Source: Vicugna vicugna (Eukaryota). Taken from it: 64,000 nucleotides of DNA. Under the pieces are notes generated by a model that worked only from the letters and a program-made list of their open reading frames with translations, was not told the origin of the DNA and did not search any database. Of this stretch, positions 1 to 13,277 are shown one piece after another. Each line of letters opens with the position of its first letter. Positions within the stretch are counted from its first letter, which is position 1. The stretch is from the NCBI GenBank assembly GCA_013265495.1, contig MU058004.1:126001-190000 (forward strand), in the 5' to 3' direction. The translations under genes and the position numbers were made by a program.

Positions 1-3000
1 GCTGGGCCCCACTGTCCAGCCCCAGGGCCTTCCACAGCCCCCGAGGGGCACAGGCAGCAGAGGCCAGGGCTCAGAGATGATGGAGGCCCCACGGCACAAC
101 TCAGCACCCTTGGGGTGGACGCTCTGAGCTTCATCCTCTCCCGCATGTGGGAAAGTGCTGATGTGAGCCCCTGCCCACCTATGGGTCCACACACAGCACG
201 TGGTGGGGGAGTCTGGGGCCCAAACTCGGGTCAGTATCAGCCTTCACTTGTCATCTGTCCCTTCACTCAAGAAATGTTTCCCAGATGCCTCCTGGGCTCG
301 TCCTCTGTGATTGCTTCCAGGGCTGCAGCCAGGCCTGGGCTGGCCCGGAGGCAGCAGCGGAAGCCTTCAGTGGGACCAAAACCCACAGTCACAGCCGGAC
401 CACTGCAGGTTCCTGCATGTGAACCTAACCTGCGGGAGCCCACGCTTCATCTCCTCCAGTCATCCTTTTCAAGTGCGGCTGGAGCCCATCACCTGAGGAA
501 GGACATCCCTGGGGTGGAGGGTCTGTGGGATGGGACACCCTTTCCCAGCCTCTGAAAGTTAGGGGGCTTGCAGGCCCTGTGGGCAGTGGATGGGCCTGGG
601 CTCTGATGTGGACCCTCCCTGGACGGGTTCACAGGGGCTGAGGAGTCAGGGTCTGTTTCTGAGCCTCGTTACCTGCAAAGTGGGTGGGGCCTTAGTCCTC
701 AGGGTGATGTAGGCTGCAACATCATCCCACAGAGCCTCGTCTCAGGGGGCATGACAAGCCTCGGCTCCGCACAGATGCCAGCTGATTCGGGAGTCAAGGT
801 GCCGCCCGCTCTCGGCAGGGCTGGGGCCCTCGTTGGGGAACCCCATCCAGCCCCTCCCCACCGAGCTCCCTAAGCCTGAGTTCTTTGAGCCACTAACATG
901 GCCCAGCTTCTGCAAACATTTTTATTTTCCACCCAGTCTTGACGTTTTCAAATGCGTAATGATAGTCATTCTGTTATTCAAAATGTCCAGTCACCTGAAT
1001 CTGCTCATTGAAGAATCCACTTCCTCCCCTAGAAACTGGATGCTTCTAGAAAAATATTAAGTTTCCCAAACACATTCAGAAAATTCTTTCTCTGGCATTT
1101 GAAAAAAACTTCAGAGTATTTGCCAATCATGCATGTGGTTCACGGGAAACACATCGACCCCTACCTGCCAAGGGAGGTTCGCATGTGGACCCCGCACGTT
1201 CCCAGCTCATCCCCCAGCCCGCATCATTTCTGCCACACTGCCTTCCCCTCCAGGTCATTTTTGCTGATCTTCTCATAGGGACATAATTATTGTAATTGTG
1301 GTGAAATGATGGATCACAGGCAAACGCTTGTAATTTAACATTTAGCAACTGCAGTGAGCAGCATGCAATTACAACGTGAAACAGCCAGGAGAGTGTGAGC
1401 TGGCCCCAAGCCAAAAATCTCCACCTAATCACCTCCTTAATCTAATTTGCTGGCATGTTTGCTGTCTGTGTGGCACAGAGAGATGGGAGGGAGAAAATGA
1501 GGGGCTCCTGCCAGCTGGCCAGGTGTGGGCACTGCCCGAGGAGGGGGCTCCAGTGGTATGATTATCCCTGCACTGCCCTCACCGTGGTTTGCAGCAGCCA
1601 CCTTGGGTCACCGTGGTCTGGACAGCATCCCACTCTGCCTGACCGTGAACAGACCACAGCTGTCACACCAGCAGGAACGTCTCTGCCCTCAGGCTCCCTC
1701 CCAGCAGCACCCCGCAGGGAAGGGGGACCCCAACCCTGCACCACGTATTCAGTAAGTATGCGTTACCCACAGGTGAGCAACCCTCCTCGCCCAGCTCACA
1801 CATCATTTCTCCAGGAAAGCCCTCCAGGCTCCATCCAGCAATCAGCCAGGCCTTGCAGTGCCCTCTGCATGTGCACATTTCTACTGCCCTGTGGCCACAC
1901 CCAGCCTGTCATCAGGGCTCCTAAGCTGGGTGGAGGTCACCCCTGGGCCTGGAGGCTTCAGGGTGGTGACATCGAGAGGGTAGGTTCCTGGCTGCTGGGG
2001 GCAGCATGCCAGGGACCAGGCCCAAAGACCCCATCACCACCACTTCTGTGTACAGGTGATGGATTCAGCTCCCACATCCCCACCCTGCAGCTGGCTCATG
2101 GCTCACATTAGTGCTCCCTTATGCTCTCAGTAGGTGCTCTCATATGCTCCCAGGAGGTGCTCCACTGCCCTCCTAGGAGGTGCTCCACCTGGGCTGCTCC
2201 CTACTCAGCTGCCTGGTTGAACCAGCCTCTGAGGAAGGACTCAGATCCACGCTGCTTCTGTGAGGAGGGACATGTCCGACACCCAGTTATGTTCCAGTTG
2301 TGCATTTTAAGTCTGAAGTTGCACTGAAGCCAGGTGCTGTGTACCCAGCACTACACACCCTCCGATTCACCCACTGTCAGCCTGGGCATATCTCTGCATC
2401 TCGTATGTGCACATTCGTTCATTGTCCACCAGACCATTAGAAAGTTGCAGAGGTCATGACCTTTGCCCCTAAATCCTTGAAGAGTCACTTGCCCCCAGGA
2501 TGGTGCCCATACTGTTGTGGTTCCACTAGCACATCCAGAAGCCTCACTGGGAGACGACATTTCTCAGCACACAGAGGTCTGAGTTCCCGTTTTCTCAGTT
2601 GTCCCCAAAGCGTCCAGTGCAGGAGCACAGCCCTCAGTGGGGCTGGGCCACGTGGGCACCTTTCTCTTCCCAGCCCTGGCCCACGGCCCAGTGCCAGGAC
2701 CCACCAACCCAGGACAGGAGGCCCTGGGGGTCCGGGGCCTGCTGCCACATTCACGTGCGGTTCCCAGCTACCCTGCTGACAGCTGGACGCGGCCCCCTGC
2801 ACCTGCACTGAGCGGCCTGCCTCCAGCTGTCAGCCCGGCAGTCTGGGCGTCTGGTGTGGAGACAGTGACCAGGGCACTTGGCCTTCAAACAAACCAGGTG
2901 TGAAGTCCCCTCCTGCCGAGAGAAGAAGGCAGTTCCTGCGGAGGCTCGGAGGGCACACTGGATGAGCCAGCCCACTGCGCTCTCCCCCCAGGTGCTGGGG

Positions 3001-6000
3001 CCACCTTGGCCGCCAGGGAAGCAGCACCTGCTGGAGACTAGGTGGGGGACAGGGTGGACAGTGCACAGTACTGTCACCACCCAAGAACTGCCTGGCTGGG
3101 CTGGGCTGGGCTGGGCTGGGCGCCCCAGGGACAGGCCCTGCCTGACTCAGTTCTGGGTCCCCTGCACCTCTGTGACTCAGCCCCGGCAAGCAGGTGGGGG
3201 AGGCTGTAAAATACACTTGTCTGGAGCCTGTGGGGTGAGGCCTCATCCCCCCACCCTCGCCCATGCTGTCAGCCTCCTCTCTCACTCACCTGGCCCTGGG
3301 GAGAGGCCACAGCAGACTGGGTAGCTTGGGGCTGCCCCCACTGGAGGGGCTGAAGCAGGCTGTGGGCACTGCAGTGGGGGTGGGGGAGGGAAGGGTAGCC
3401 CCAAGACCGTGGCGAAGGTGGAGGTCGTCACTGTAGCAGTAGGCCATGGTCCACTGGCCCCAACACTGCATCTGGGTGGACAGTCCCACCCAGGACCAGG
3501 AGGAGAAGGGAAGTCAGGCCTGGAGGACGGGTGGGGGTCACCTCGCTGTATGGGTGGTCCGTCCAGAGGCAGTGGTGGGAAATCCCATGTGCGGAGGGGG
3601 CCTCCTTTCCCTGGGTCCCAGAACCCTGCCCAGGAGGATGGGCATGGAATGTGGGTCCCGGGGGCCTGGAGAGGGTCCAGGGGGTGATCACGTGGGCTGG
3701 GAAGAGCGTGGAGATGGTCGAGGGGACACAAGCAGGGGCCAGGGAAAGACAGACGCTGGGACCCTGTGTGCGGTGGGGTGTGGTGGTGCACGAGGTGGGT
3801 CAGGTCAGGTCATGGGTGTGGCCTCCCAAACTGGACACAGGCAGCTCACCAGGCAGGGAGGCGGTTTCATTACAAACTCGTTCTTCAAGCCTCTGAAGTC
3901 ATAGTGTGATGTGTGCATCATCTTAAATAAGTCAGAGGAAACATGTATTCCAGAAAACATCCGGTGGGCCTGGGTGACAGTCTCCACGGTGATGAGAAGA
4001 TGTAGGTGGGGGAGACGCTGAGTCCAGCCCCCGGCCTCCACCCTGCAGACTCTCTCCTGCCCAACAGCGGTGTCCCGGCCCCCAGCGGTGTCAGCCCCAC
4101 CCCATATCTGAGGGCATCAGCCCCATGTTGCCTGGAGAAACCTGAGGTACCTGAAGGTGGGTGGAGGTGTGACCCACGAGGAGGTGGGCTACACTCCAAA
4201 AGAAAGACTTGAGTCTTCTGCTTAATGGAGCAAATGGTGTGAGGCTGTGGGACACAGCCGAGGGAAAATTAAGGTGCCGACGCGGCCCCGAGCACAGATC
4301 GGGGTGGGAAGGGCTGAGGTCACAGTCGGGGTGGGAAGAGCTCTCACTGTGGGCTGGCTAGCTGAAATGGGGACCAAGAGATGAGGTATGAGTGACCCGG
4401 AAATGCTGGGCCTGCCTGGGCTTCCTGCAGAGGGCAGGGCTCAGGGGCTGAGGGAGACGGGGCATCGCATAAGGCCTGCTCACCCACCTGGGAGGCTCCG
4501 GGTCACAGCTGTCACCACCCCCTGAGGGGTGACTCTGTGAGGGGAGCCCTGGCATCCCCGAAGGACTCCCAACCACCTTCTCTGTGGTCAGACCTTTCAG
4601 TGGGAGCCATGAACACTCAGTGGGACCAGACACAGTGGGAGTACTCGGATCTGGGGGCAGGGCCCAGCAGGGCACTCAGCTGCCAAGGCAAGGTGGGCAC
4701 GGTCCCCGTGATGGACAGCAGGGCCCAAGCAGTGCGGGGAAGAGTCCACCTGGCACAGACCGGCGGCCCTGGTGGGTTGGTCATGGCACCCTGAGACTTG
4801 GGATGGACAGGAAGCCTGCTGAATTCTCACTCCATCTGTGTGAGCAGAGAAGCTCTGGGTCAGGTGAGCAAAAGTCTAACCCGAATCACAAAAAGAGAGT
4901 CATGGCTTTTCAATCACCCCCAGACTAGCACCGGCCCAGAACCCCTCCAAGGAAGGGCCCTGTACACTGCCAGCAGTTTACGCTATTGATCTCTCTCCCC
5001 GCCTTCCCCAAGGGGCCTGCGGAGTTGGGGCTGCTGTGGTGGGAGGGCCAAGTGAAGCCTTCAGGACGGCCTCTACCGAGGAAAACAATCGACCAAAACA
5101 GCACCCCACCCCTGGAGGGGCTGCAGGGGTTAGTGTGCTGGAAAGATGCAGGCGGGGGACCCCACCATGCCCCAACTCACCTGGCCTGCGCTGGGCCTTG
5201 GAGACTGACCGCGGGTTCTCATAAGCCCCAACTGCAGCTGCTCCAACAGACACGGCTTCATCGCTTGGGCAGAGTGACACGTCTCCTGGAACACGGGGCA
5301 CAGCTATTGCTCTGGAAAATGTCTTTTTATCCATTCGTGTCCAGAAGGCCCCCCAGAAGTAGCCCGCTTTCAGTGGGCAAGGCCGGAGACACATTCACAG
5401 TCCTACCTGGGGCACGCCACCTGTCCAGGCCGACAGCACGACCTAGTTCATGGGGAGCCACTCCCTCCCCGAGATGGCCCGCAGCCCACCACACTGACGA
5501 CACTGGATGGGAAGTAGTAACTGGAAGTAGCAACTCTGGACTTACTGGTGAGACATCTGATGTTAGGGGGTGGGATCGAGATCCCACTAAAATTGTGGGC
5601 CTTCTCCCTCTGTGCGTGGGCCACACTGAGGTGTCCCACCTGAGGCGAGGGATGAGCAGCTCCATTTGGACCCTCTTAGAACCATGACAGAGGCCGAGCC
5701 TTGTGGGGGCAACCTAGCCCTTGTGTGGGTGTGTTGCTCCGGCCCATCTTCGAAGTGATCGGAAAAGCTGCTGGCTTGACTGGGCCCCAAGGAGGAGAAG
5801 GTACTGCAGCAAGTCGGGCTGTCCTACAGGTCCCGGGTGCCTGCAGTGTCAGTGCAGAAGGGACGCAGCATCCACTTGAACCTCTGGAACATTCTCTGTA
5901 CGTTATCTGGGGAAGACCGTCCTCATCTATAAATGGACCTGATGAAGCTCCAGTGTGGACCCCACAGGGGCTGTGGGGTGGCCCAGGTGGTGCACACAGA

Positions 6001-9000
6001 GGCTCTGGGATGGGCATGGAACGCTTTCCTCTGAGATTCAGGAGCAGGGACCCTCTCGACCTCTGTCCTCCCCACTGTCCAGTCCTGCCCCTCGCCCCAG
6101 AGCAGCTGGTGCCGGTTCTACCCAAGAGCATGGAGGGGCGCCCGACCCCAGACCCAGGGTCCTGTGCCCTCCCTGCAGAGGCGCTGTCCCACCACGCCTG
6201 CCGGCCAGCCTCGCACATCCCCCAGAAAACAAGGTGAAGTATTGTGGTTGAGTCTAGAGAAAGCGTTGAAATGTTTAAAACCATACTTCTTAATTTTAAA
6301 AGTAAATACGCTTATTGAAAAGAAAGTCAGTTTTTCCGCAGGTGCTGAGGGAAAAAGAGGTATTTCCCACGGCCCTGCCCGCGGGCCGCACGGTTGGTGT
6401 GTTTCCCGGTACCCTCAGGGCACCGCAGGTGTGCAAGTGTGCACACATGTGTGAGTATGCCCACATGTGGAGAGTGTGCAGGGACTCACAAACCCAGCAA
6501 GAAGGCCTCACTGAGCCTTCAGTCCCAGCAGCAAGCCTGTGGGATGCTGGCTGGGCCCCCGAGGCAGGTGCAGGCGCCGGTGGGACAAGGTCCGGACATC
6601 AAGCCCAAGTTTTAGAGGACACGTGGCAGACCTGGGGGTGGCAGCGTGATCTGCCTTCCCGTGGCCGCGTTGTCGCTTGGGGGACGCAGCGCCTGCCCGG
6701 GGCACCCGCACTGGGGTGCTGAGCAGAAAAGACTTAAGCCTGTCGGTGTCAACAGGAAGCTCTTTTGTTGGCGTCTTTGAATTCTGTCTGTTCTCACTTC
6801 TTTCAAGTCGGGCCGAGGGCGGGCGGAGTGGCTGCCATCTCCCTGGGTGACCAGCCTCTGAATGTCCACAGTCTCCTTTCCTGGCGGCCGCCCAGCCCAC
6901 CCACCCCACAGGCCCCCCGACCCTCTCCAGGGTCTCAGGGATCCCTAGGCCACAGCCGCTGGCAGGGATGTGGTGCGGCCCCTGGGGTGCAGAACCTGCT
7001 GCTGAGCGCAGTCCCTCCTGCTCCCTCCCCAGCTCCACTGCCTGCACCCGTGGAGGTCTCGGCCGGCCCTCTCGGTGAGGGTGAGGGCGTCAGACTGCTG
7101 TGCTCCTGTGCTCGTGGTGGTGGTCAGGGCGGCGCCCCGGCTGGGCTGCTGGGACCCCGAGGCTCAGCTCCCTGAGGCACCCGAGTCTTGTTCAACAGGA
7201 CCTTGAACCACCAAAGGGCTCCGACCTCAGCCTGCATTCATTCCCGTCTGCAAGACGTCCTCCCAGGAGGGTGTCCGGCACGCCATACCCTGGCCGTCGG
7301 GCAGCCGCTTCTCCCACCCACAGCTCGGGTCACGAGAGACCGGGTCCTGGGCACTGTTGTCTCCCTGGGAGCGCGGCCCCAGCCAGACCGTTCCTGCAGC
7401 CTGCCCTGGGAGATGGACCCCAGCCTGTGACCCCTCCTTCCCTGACTTGGAAGAGGGAGAGAAGCCGCTGGACTAACCAGCATGGCCAGTGTGCCCGTCG
7501 AGTGCGGGCCGTGAGGTGTGAGGGGACGGCCCTGTCCCGGCCCCAGGTCACGGTTGGTGCCCCAGCGCTCCTGGCTGTCTGAGGGTCCCAGGGCCGGACC
7601 CTATCACCGGCACTCACCGCCGAGGGCCTGCTGCTGAGAGTGTCCTGATTCCTGGTTTCCTGCCCCGCTGTGGGGGCCATGACCCTGTGTCCCTGCCCAT
7701 GTCCTGGGGCTGGCAATGGCTGCCGCTCAGGGTCACCCAGGACCCCCAGGCTCAGGCTGGGTGCAGAGCTGTTCTCGATAACACACTTTCATGTTTGCTT
7801 TCTTGTCTCGCTTTGCTTCTTCTCCTGTTTGTGAGTGTGGTTTCTGTGGATTATAAGCAGCTTTGACCATTTCCTGAAAAATCACCGTTCTAGGTAAACT
7901 GCGAAGATTTTTTTCCTTCCGAGAAAGGTGAAGTTCGAAGGATGGGCGATCTTCCTAGCAAAGCAGTGGGCCCTTCCGAGTCCAGCCGGGGCCTTTGCCC
8001 CTGTCACCCACGTGGAAAGGGCCCGTCCCTGCCAGGCACACCCTCGGCAGAGGAGGAAGGCTTGGGAGGCACCTCCCCTAGTTAGACCCCACGTGCTTCC
8101 CGTGCTTCCAAAAGCGTCCAAGCAGGAAGAACTAACCCTCAAAAAGCAAAAATAACTGCATCTCCCGAGATGGCCCTCAGCCACAGAGCGCCGCCCGTGC
8201 GGCCCACACTCCTAGGTCCCGGGTTACGTGTCTTGTAATTTTACATCTGAGCTGAGCAGGCCTAACCAAACCCCACCCCATTCCCCAAAAGACTGAAGTC
8301 TGCGTCTCCTCGCTGGCTCCGAGGCCTTTATCCTCGGCCTGTCAGTGAGGTGGACGTGAACCCCTGCGGACAACAAGACAAAACACAACAAAAGATACGT
8401 GAGCAGAGGGCACCGGGGGTGGGTCGGGCCGGTCAGTGCAGGCTCCCACGCCCCCTGCAGCCTGGGGCCAGGAGCGGCCAGGGTGGCCAGCGAGACACAG
8501 TGTCGGGACTCAGAGTGTCCCGGGGGTGAAACAGCCGTCCCTGGGGATGAGAGGGTCTGCAGGGGCCTGGCCGGGTCCACCTCGAGGCGGACCGGCTGAC
8601 GGCGTTTTCTGCTGCTTTCTGTAGCATTTCTCCACTTCAGGACTGAAAGATGTCGACGCATAATCCAGCGAGGGTGACGGGTAACTCGGTGTTTCCCTTC
8701 TGAACGGGCAACCCTCGGGTTTGTATCCCCACCGTCACCTCCTTATATAGCCGGGAAGCAGACTGCAACTTTCCGTCACCCCCAGTCACCCCCACAGGCC
8801 AAGTGGCTGGGAAGCCAGTGCCACCTGCAGCCCCGAGGGGTCTAGACCTGACTACCAGCCTTCCCGAGGCCATGCACGGCAGGACCCTGACAGCCTGTCA
8901 TCAATGCAGGACCCCACCAGGCAGCAGCCGTGCAGAGAGAAAGGCAGAGCTGACAGCAAAAACAGCTGCCACCACCACTGACACAACGTCCTTGTCCTTT

Positions 9001-12000
9001 GTGACAGAAACAGACGTAACGCAGCGGAGGGGGTCCCACAGTGGTCGGCAGCCTGGCGGCACTTCAGGTGTCCTCCCCAGGCCAGGGGGATCCTGGGCCT
9101 GGTCCCAGGGGCTCCTCACACTGGACACGGCCCGAGACGCCCAGGCCAGGGTCCATCAGGGTGGAATTGCCTCTGTCCCTGGTGGTGTGGCTGGACGTCT
9201 GCAATTCGGGGTGTCTACAGGCGGGGCTGGCCCTCCGGGGGTAACGATGGCCACAAACAGCCAGGAGCCCAAGCCTAGCTACCTCCCAGAGTCACCCTGA
9301 GACATTCTGGGCCAGGACTCTCCCGGGGGCCACCCCTAGGTGCTCCCTCATCTCCACGCAGGACGGGACCTGCTGTAAGTGCTGCTGCCCTGGGCGAGAT
9401 GATGCTGGGGCCACTGGGGTATCTACGGCCAGGCACCTCCAGGGTGGCAGGTCTGGGGCAGGACCTGGAAGGGCTGCAGAAGCCGGCAGCTGCCAGCTCA
9501 CCCGTGGTGGCCGGACACCTCGGGCACTGCAGTGGCCCCAGTACCTACTGCAGCTCCAGGCCCAGTGGCTGAGAGCTGAGGCCACAAACTCTCCAGCTGT
9601 GAGTGGCTCTGTGGCTCCAGCTCTGCATCCCAAGAAACCTGAAACTCCATGAGCACCAGCGTGGAGATCATCATCAGAGCCTCGGATTTCATTTCGTAGA
9701 TTTCTGCACATTGCAGATCTTCTCAGGAGAAAACCCTGACTTGTCCTTCAGTTGCTTCCCCAGGACCATGAAAGGGTCAGAGGTGTCACCCCACTTCAAG
9801 CTAACAGGATGGGCGGCCAGCCACTTTCTCGAGGTGCTGACAGAAAACACAGGCTCCTGGGTCAGAGTAGAGGAGTTGATCACTCACAGCAAAAGCAGCG
9901 ACCAGGGGGTCAGCGTCAGCGAGTGTGCATGGGTCCCGGGGCCCCTTGCCCGGGTGACATGAGGACGCTGCTGTGCAGGGGGTGTGATGGAGGCAAGTCT
10001 GCCCCTCCCCCAGAGGGCAGCACGGCCCGCTCCCCAGGGCTGCTAGAACTGGGGGCCCAGCTAGGTAGGGAGGAGCACGGGAGACCCGCACAGGCGTGCC
10101 TCCCAGCAAAGGCTACGGGGGCTTTGAGATCTGGCCTCAGATCTTGGGGTTCGGGGAGGCAGAGCTGAGGGCCAGGCGATGGCTGTCCCTGATGCAGACA
10201 CAGGCCACCAATTCCCCATCAGCGGGTCAGGGTCCTGCCAGCCCCCTGGGCCTGGGGACCTGTGAGTGGGCAGCCTAGGAGGCAGGAGGCCTAGCGAGGA
10301 GCTGACCCCTCCTCCCAGGTTCCTCCCTGTCCCCTCCTTCTCACTCTGCCCCATGAGAGGGGAGACCATCGGGGCAGGGTCCCACTGCTGACCCAGCCCC
10401 AGTGCACCTGCTTCTCAGGCAGCCTGAGTGGCCTCTTCACTGACACCCTGGCCAGGCCCTGGAGGCCTCTGAAACCTCCGGTGTCCCTACTCCTCCTCCA
10501 AGTTCTATCAGCTGTGAATTTATCCAAGCACTTCCTCCCACAGCTGATGTTTTCCTGTTACATTCAGGAGGAAGACGTCTGCTGGCCTCTCCTGGCTTTC
10601 GCCAGACCTCGCTGACTCAGGGCCCCAGCTGCTCAGGCGCTGACACCCCAGGGCACTGGCACTACCTGCAGCTCACCCCAAAGTTGAGGGGCCACTGGCT
10701 TAAATCCCCAGCAAAATCATCCCCCTGTGCAAACTGCACCACCTGGCGGCTGGAGGTGATGCTCAGGTCTGAGTTTCCCTCTGCCTTCCCGACCTCACAT
10801 CACGCTCCTCTGGCTTCTTGCTCTGCCCTCCTCACCCTCTTGAGCCTGACAATGAGTCCCGCTGGGACCACTGCACGCAGCTCCCGGGCAGGCCTCACCA
10901 GCCCGCAGTGTGCTGTGCACCCCGCACTGTGGGACACCTGTGGGGTTCTACGGCCAGCACCCAGAAGTGGGGAGAGGTGAAGGCTTCCGACCCTTGAGCT
11001 CAAGTGGACAACTCTCCACGGCCCTGGGAAGGTTCAGTCCGCTCTCTGCCTCCGCCTTGCTCCCCGGTCCAGCTTCCTGGGAACAAAACCCCTCACGCGA
11101 AGACACCGAGTCAGGTCTCCTTGCTGGGCTGAGGGGGTGGGCGCCCAGGCTAGGACAAACATTCTCTGTGATACTCGAACCTTCCCGTCAAATCTACCCC
11201 AAGTGCTTGTCCAACTGTTAGCTGAATGTTTCCCGCGATGGGAACCTCATTACTTCCCCCGGCTGGTAAGAACTCCAGCTTTGGCTCAGTCTTGACTAGC
11301 CTTAAAAAAAAAAAAAAAGGTAGAAAAGGGGACACTGGTGCACAGCACACAGCTGGTGGCTCCCTTGGGAGTGGCTTACTTTTGGGGTGCTCTGGCCACA
11401 ATGGGCGGCCAGTCTCTGACAGATTGAGTGCACTATCCTCTGCAGTGCTGGGCTGGAGTTGTATTGGGGTTCGTCTTGGCGGGGAACTTGGACAGGACCC
11501 TTGCTCAGAGGTCTTGCTGCGTGGGCTGTCGAGGGGTGTCCAGCTCTTGGCCTTAAAGCTTGACCTCACTCTTCATTTGGCTCACCCGGGGCAAACTGGT
11601 TCTGACCGTGGGCCCAGTGTGGCTGAGTCCAGACCCACACTCAACTTTGCCGCCTACACCCCCATAGTAAGAAGGGGGGTTTTTAATTTGGAGGCCCTGG
11701 CAGTTGGCACTGGGTCCTCTGAATACAACCAGCACTCACCAGCCGTCTGCATAAACAGTAAAAACTTCAAAATAAAGAAAAATGTCCCTCTCTGGGTGAG
11801 CCAAGAGCCATGCATTGCCCCCTCCTCCGGTGCCCTGTGACTGTCACCCCCTCACCTCACCCCCTCCCTGTGTCCGTGTCGGGAGAGGGGTGTCAGGCCC
11901 CACAGCCTGGCCCCTCTGTTGAGAATCTTGCTACCATGCAGAGAAGAGACTCAGTACCCTCCCCCTCCCCGCCAAACCCTGCATTTCTGAAGTGCCTCCT

Positions 12001-12764
12001 GGCACAAGGGATGTTTGCAAAACGCAGACTCTGGCCAAATTCTTTTCACGGGGAGGCAGTGAAAAGCAAACTCCTGGCAGCAGAAGCCGCACAGGAAGCA
12101 AGATGGGGACAGCCAAGCCCGACTTGATAGCATGTGCTGGGGAGGTCCAGACGCCGTGGGGATCCCTTATCTCTTCCTCCCTCTGATTACTGAGGTCCAG
12201 CTCCAAAGCCCAGCCTGTTCTGGAAGCTGCAATGTGACTTTCTACCAAGTCCCTCAGAGTGAAACTATTCCTGAGTCACCGACCCCTGGAGCGCTTGAGG
12301 TCCTTGGAAACAAATTTTCAGATTGCTTCTGTCCACTGCAAATAAGGTTGCACTTTTGCTCATCTGACCTAAGCGTTTCCATTTGTACAACAGCCTTTGA
12401 AAACACCGACAAAAATACTGACGCACTTTAGGGGAAAATGACATTTGAAATGATGCTCACAGGGTATGAGGTGTAAGTTTGCTTTGCTGGAATTGCCGGT
12501 TTGCAGAATGATCTGCACGTAACGTTGGCTCGGGCGGTGGTGTCTGTGACCCAGACGGGCCGGGCGGCGCAGGCGGAACCCACAGGACGGCGCAGCGCCC
12601 TCCCACGACCCGGGGATTCCCAACCACTGGCCTCCCTGAGGACCTCAGGGCAGACTGGATCCCTCGCTTGGGCTGGACGCGCCTCCCGCCGCTCTAGGCC
12701 GCGCCTCTCACTGCCCGCCGGTCCCGCCTCCTCGGCGCCAACCGGAGATCGACGTCCCTCTGCG

Positions 12765-12778
12765 CCAGTAGGGGGCGC
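12765..12778 (+). promoter_or_regulatory. CTCF core motif
   Basis: CCAGTAGGGGGCGC fits the CCASYAGRKGGCRS consensus, about 85 nt upstream of the ATG. Confidence 0.65.
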
Positions 12779-12862
12779 TCGGATGTGGCCCCGCCTCCCG
12801 CGAGCCGCCCGCGCACGCGCCGTAGACCGAGGTGGGCGGGGCGGCCCGAGGAGCGCGCGGCC

Positions 12863-12922
12863 ATGGAGGCCCGAGGGGACCCAGCCGCCGCCCCCGGCCC
12901 GGCCCGCGCCCCCGCCCAAGTG
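12863..12922 (+). CDS. B3GNTL1: B3GNTL1 coding exon 1 (MEARGDPAAAPGPARAPAQV)
   Basis: Strong Kozak context gccATGG inside the CpG island. It ends GTG|gtaggt, phase 0, in frame with exon 2 (V-SIILPV). Confidence 0.85.
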
Positions 12923-13088
12923 GTAGGTGCCGGCCGCGGGGCCGCTCCGCCCTCCCGCCCTCCTCTCCTTACCCTCCGCTCCCTTCCTCCCTCCGTCTGC
13001 GCGGCCTCTTCGGCACTCGTCTTCCTCCGGGTGCCACGTGCGGCTCTCCCCTCTGTCCTCTCCCCGCCGGCCTCCCTCTCCCTCCTCC

Positions 13089-13176
13089 NNNNNNNNNNNN
13101 NNNNNNNNNNNNNNNNNNNNNNNNNNNNNNNNNNNNNNNNNNNNNNNNNNNNNNNNNNNNNNNNNNNNNNNNNNNN
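13089..13176. other. Assembly gap (88 N)
   Basis: Run of N inside a C/T-rich low-complexity tract. Confidence 1.
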
Positions 13177-13179
13177 CCC

Positions 13180-13277
13180 CTCAGTCCCTCTCTCCTCTGC
13201 CCTCCCCTCTCCCCTCCTTCCCCCTCTTCTCAGTCCCTCTCTCCTCTGTCCTCCCCTCTCCCCTCCGTCCCCCTCGC
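13180..13277. repeat. 49-bp pyrimidine-rich tandem repeat (2 visible copies)
   Basis: ctcagtccctctctcctctg(c/t)cctcccctctcccctcc... starts at 13180 and again at 13229. Confidence 0.8.

Larger units (their letters stand above)
12500..13088 (+). promoter_or_regulatory. CpG-island promoter of B3GNTL1
   Basis: Very high GC and CpG density around exon 1. GC boxes (ccccgcctcc at about 12789, gggcgggg at about 12834) and an NRF1-like gcgcacgcgc at 12811-12820; no TATA box seen. Confidence 0.85.

Noticed and set aside
3096..3120. (CTGGG)5 resembling immunoglobulin switch repeats
   Set aside because: Only 25 bp with no Ig context; an ordinary microsatellite.
1..12400. METRNL exons upstream on the minus strand
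   Set aside because: No METRNL-like peptide or second CpG-island promoter recognised here; the neighbour is expected from human synteny only.
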